This document shows positions 62,000 through 64,000 of a stretch of DNA of 64,000 bases, in pieces; the first letter of the stretch is position 1, and every line of letters begins with the position of its first letter. The position numbers and the translations under genes were made by a program. The DNA is from Anthoceros angustus (Eukaryota; Plantae; Anthocerotophyta): the NCBI GenBank assembly GCA_010909165.1, contig MU008159.1:930001-994000 (forward strand). Reading direction: 5' to 3'. The notes under the pieces were generated by a model. It saw only the letters and a program-made list of their open reading frames with translations. It was not told the origin of the DNA and made no database searches.

Positions 62000-62780
62000 A
62001 AGAAACAACGCCTTTTCCAACGTTGTTTTGGAGCGTTGTTTTGAGGGGCAAAAATGTAGTAGTGCGGCTATGGTCCAACATGGTAAAGATGGACGGAAAA
62101 AGCGTTAACTCCAAGAAGCTAAGCATAAAACCATGGAAGCTGTCCTCCAATTGCACCACCGGCACTCCATTCACGTGCTGTGCCAACGAGCTTAGACTTA
62201 GATAGCGGACTGCGATTTGCGGGCGGTAGAGCTCGAAAGAGTGCAGTGCAACTACGGTGAAATAACGGGGAAACAAAGTCAATTGGCCATGTGTCCTGGC
62301 GAGCAAAAATGGAAGCACGAGCTGAAAAAAGTATCCCAAGTAAGAGGTGCATTACCATCCACCGGTGGTGGGTTCGAATTAATTCGAAAGTCCTCATCCG
62401 CCTCACCCGCCTAAACACGTTGCTCAACCATGATCCGGATCTGGACCACGGTTCATGGATCTTCCTTGATGCCACTTTCCTCTCTCGGAGGTTTGCTCCA
62501 AAATGCCCTCGGTGGGCGGAGTTCTCCGCCCCTCCTTGTGCATTCACACGCTCTTCCCTGCAGTGATCCGGACTTGTTGGTGTTTATTTTTCCGTTTCCT
62601 TTCTTGAAGCACATCACACCAAGCGCAATCGCGTGCAGGATGTCGGGCACAATTGGAAAGACTATCCATCCTCTAACGATTCTTTGCGGTGGATCGCGGA
62701 TGGCGATTGAAACCCATTCCTCGTAGACCGGAAGTACCGGCATCGCACCATCGTGAGAAAGGAGTGAGCACGTGGGGCGC
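62000..62780 (-). pseudogene. Possible Plavaka/EnSpm-type transposase fragment
   Basis: PDILHAIALGV resembles the D-x-L-H-x3-LG motif; downstream RVRRMRTF..GYF and MLDH. The upstream catalytic motif was not found. Confidence 0.35.
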
Positions 62781-64000
62781 AATGTCCGGTGACATCAAAT
62801 CGGCATTCAAAACCAAGTTGCTGGCGGATCTGGTGGCCGGACCCACAAATGAGGAGGAGCGGATCTGGTCCGGACCAAGAGTGAAAGCGTGATCCGGTCG
62901 GAAAAGATAGAAGGAGGAGATGTTTGTGCGCTAGCAAAGGTGAGTGGCATCTTGCCACGCGGCTTGGGTTGTGAAACGTCTAGGCCGGGTTGAACACACC
63001 GCGCAGCAACATTGGGCGATAAGCGCATTCGTTTGCCCGACGCCATCGACGTATCACGCGATCGCGTGCCACCACGCTGGTCAGCTGCGAGGCCCCACCG
63101 TCTCCTTTCAAATTCGCAATCAAAATTTGGGTAGCTGGTAAGAACCGTAGTCGAGTCAAAATGTCCGTCATATCCATGTTGGAAAGTAAAGGAAAACTTT
63201 ACTAGAAATGGTATACGGTGGGGAGGGAATCGATGAGTTGAAGTGGGTAGCAAGGCATGGATTGAGAGCATGCCTTGGAGTGGTATAGTGGTTGAGGGTT
63301 AATGGAATGCTTAGTTGTGCGAAGGTTGGTGACGTGGTGATATATGGGGACGTGAGCTCTAAGTGATGTGTGTGCATGATTGTAGGGAAGGGGAAAGCTG
63401 GTGGAAGGTGAAGGCCAACTTGCTACCATTCACAACATATGCAAAGTTGAAGGAAAGTGACAATATTATTGATTGCCTTGAGAGCTGAGCGGTGCCTTGA
63501 GAAGGCTGACGGTGCACTCTCGAGATTAGGGTAAGAGGCATGCTAGGTGACTTATTGGTGGGCAATTGCACGGTGGACATGTATGTCAAAATGTGGCCCT
63601 GGAAGTTGCGAGGGGTTTTGAGAGCTTGGCCACAAAAGATGTAGTGACATTGAATGCACATGCATAGATTCTTCGTTACTGGTGTCCCCACTAGGAGTGT
63701 TCGGACCTACAGGGCTAGTTTTGCATGCCCATAAAGCACAACATGATGTAAGCAAGTTGTGAGCAGTGGAGGAAGGAACTTGGAGGCGAGACCATGAGGA
63801 CCCGCTCAAAAGATCATGAGGAGACTTGATGCCATGGATCGGGGAGATTAAAAGGCGGTAGCTGGTGAAGAAGAGCGGAAGAGCTGAACTGAGCACGAGG
63901 CGGTCTGTAAAAGTCTAAGAAGTTGAGGTGAGCATCGGGCCTCAAAGACTTATAAAGCTTGACCCTCAAGCCGTGGCAAAAGAACATAGTTTTGAACATT

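Noticed and set aside
1-64000. Frameshifts read as programmed frameshifting, RNA editing or proof of pseudogenisation
   Set aside because: Indels are ubiquitous, differ between duplicate copies and cluster at homopolymers and CWG sites, consistent with sequencing error.

Overview
Repeat-dense eukaryotic DNA, inferred to be from a non-seed streptophyte plant or alga, with the heavy indel noise of an unpolished long-read consensus; most frames had to be rebuilt across shifts. 1-25.8 kb is a nest of transposons. A + strand chromovirus-like Ty3/Gypsy element holds (i) in its gag, a - strand Ty3/Gypsy element (~340-12357) whose pol has a complete DNMT3-like C5 cytosine methyltransferase between protease and RT and a PHD finger after integrase, and (ii) between protease and RT, a TIR element (13288-20386) that itself holds an RTEX-like LINE inserted into a tRNA-like A/B-box motif. 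26-41 kb is a segmentally duplicated cluster of small secreted Cys-rich genes resembling divergent Gnk2/DUF26, each followed by a convergent degenerate ORF. 41705-47359 is a full-length chromovirus with non-canonical AGT...ACT LTR ends and a 5-bp TSD. 47.9-49.6 kb is a Crinkler-type Ubl/putative nuclease/kinase gene. 50-59.3 kb is a patchwork of a third Gypsy family, cut by a CACTA-like end that may carry a Plavaka-type transposase. Direct tandem duplications with short junction microhomologies recur throughout. Best candidate system: the DNMT+PHD 'writer+reader' LTR retrotransposon. Domain calls come from motif recognition by eye; no searches were run.
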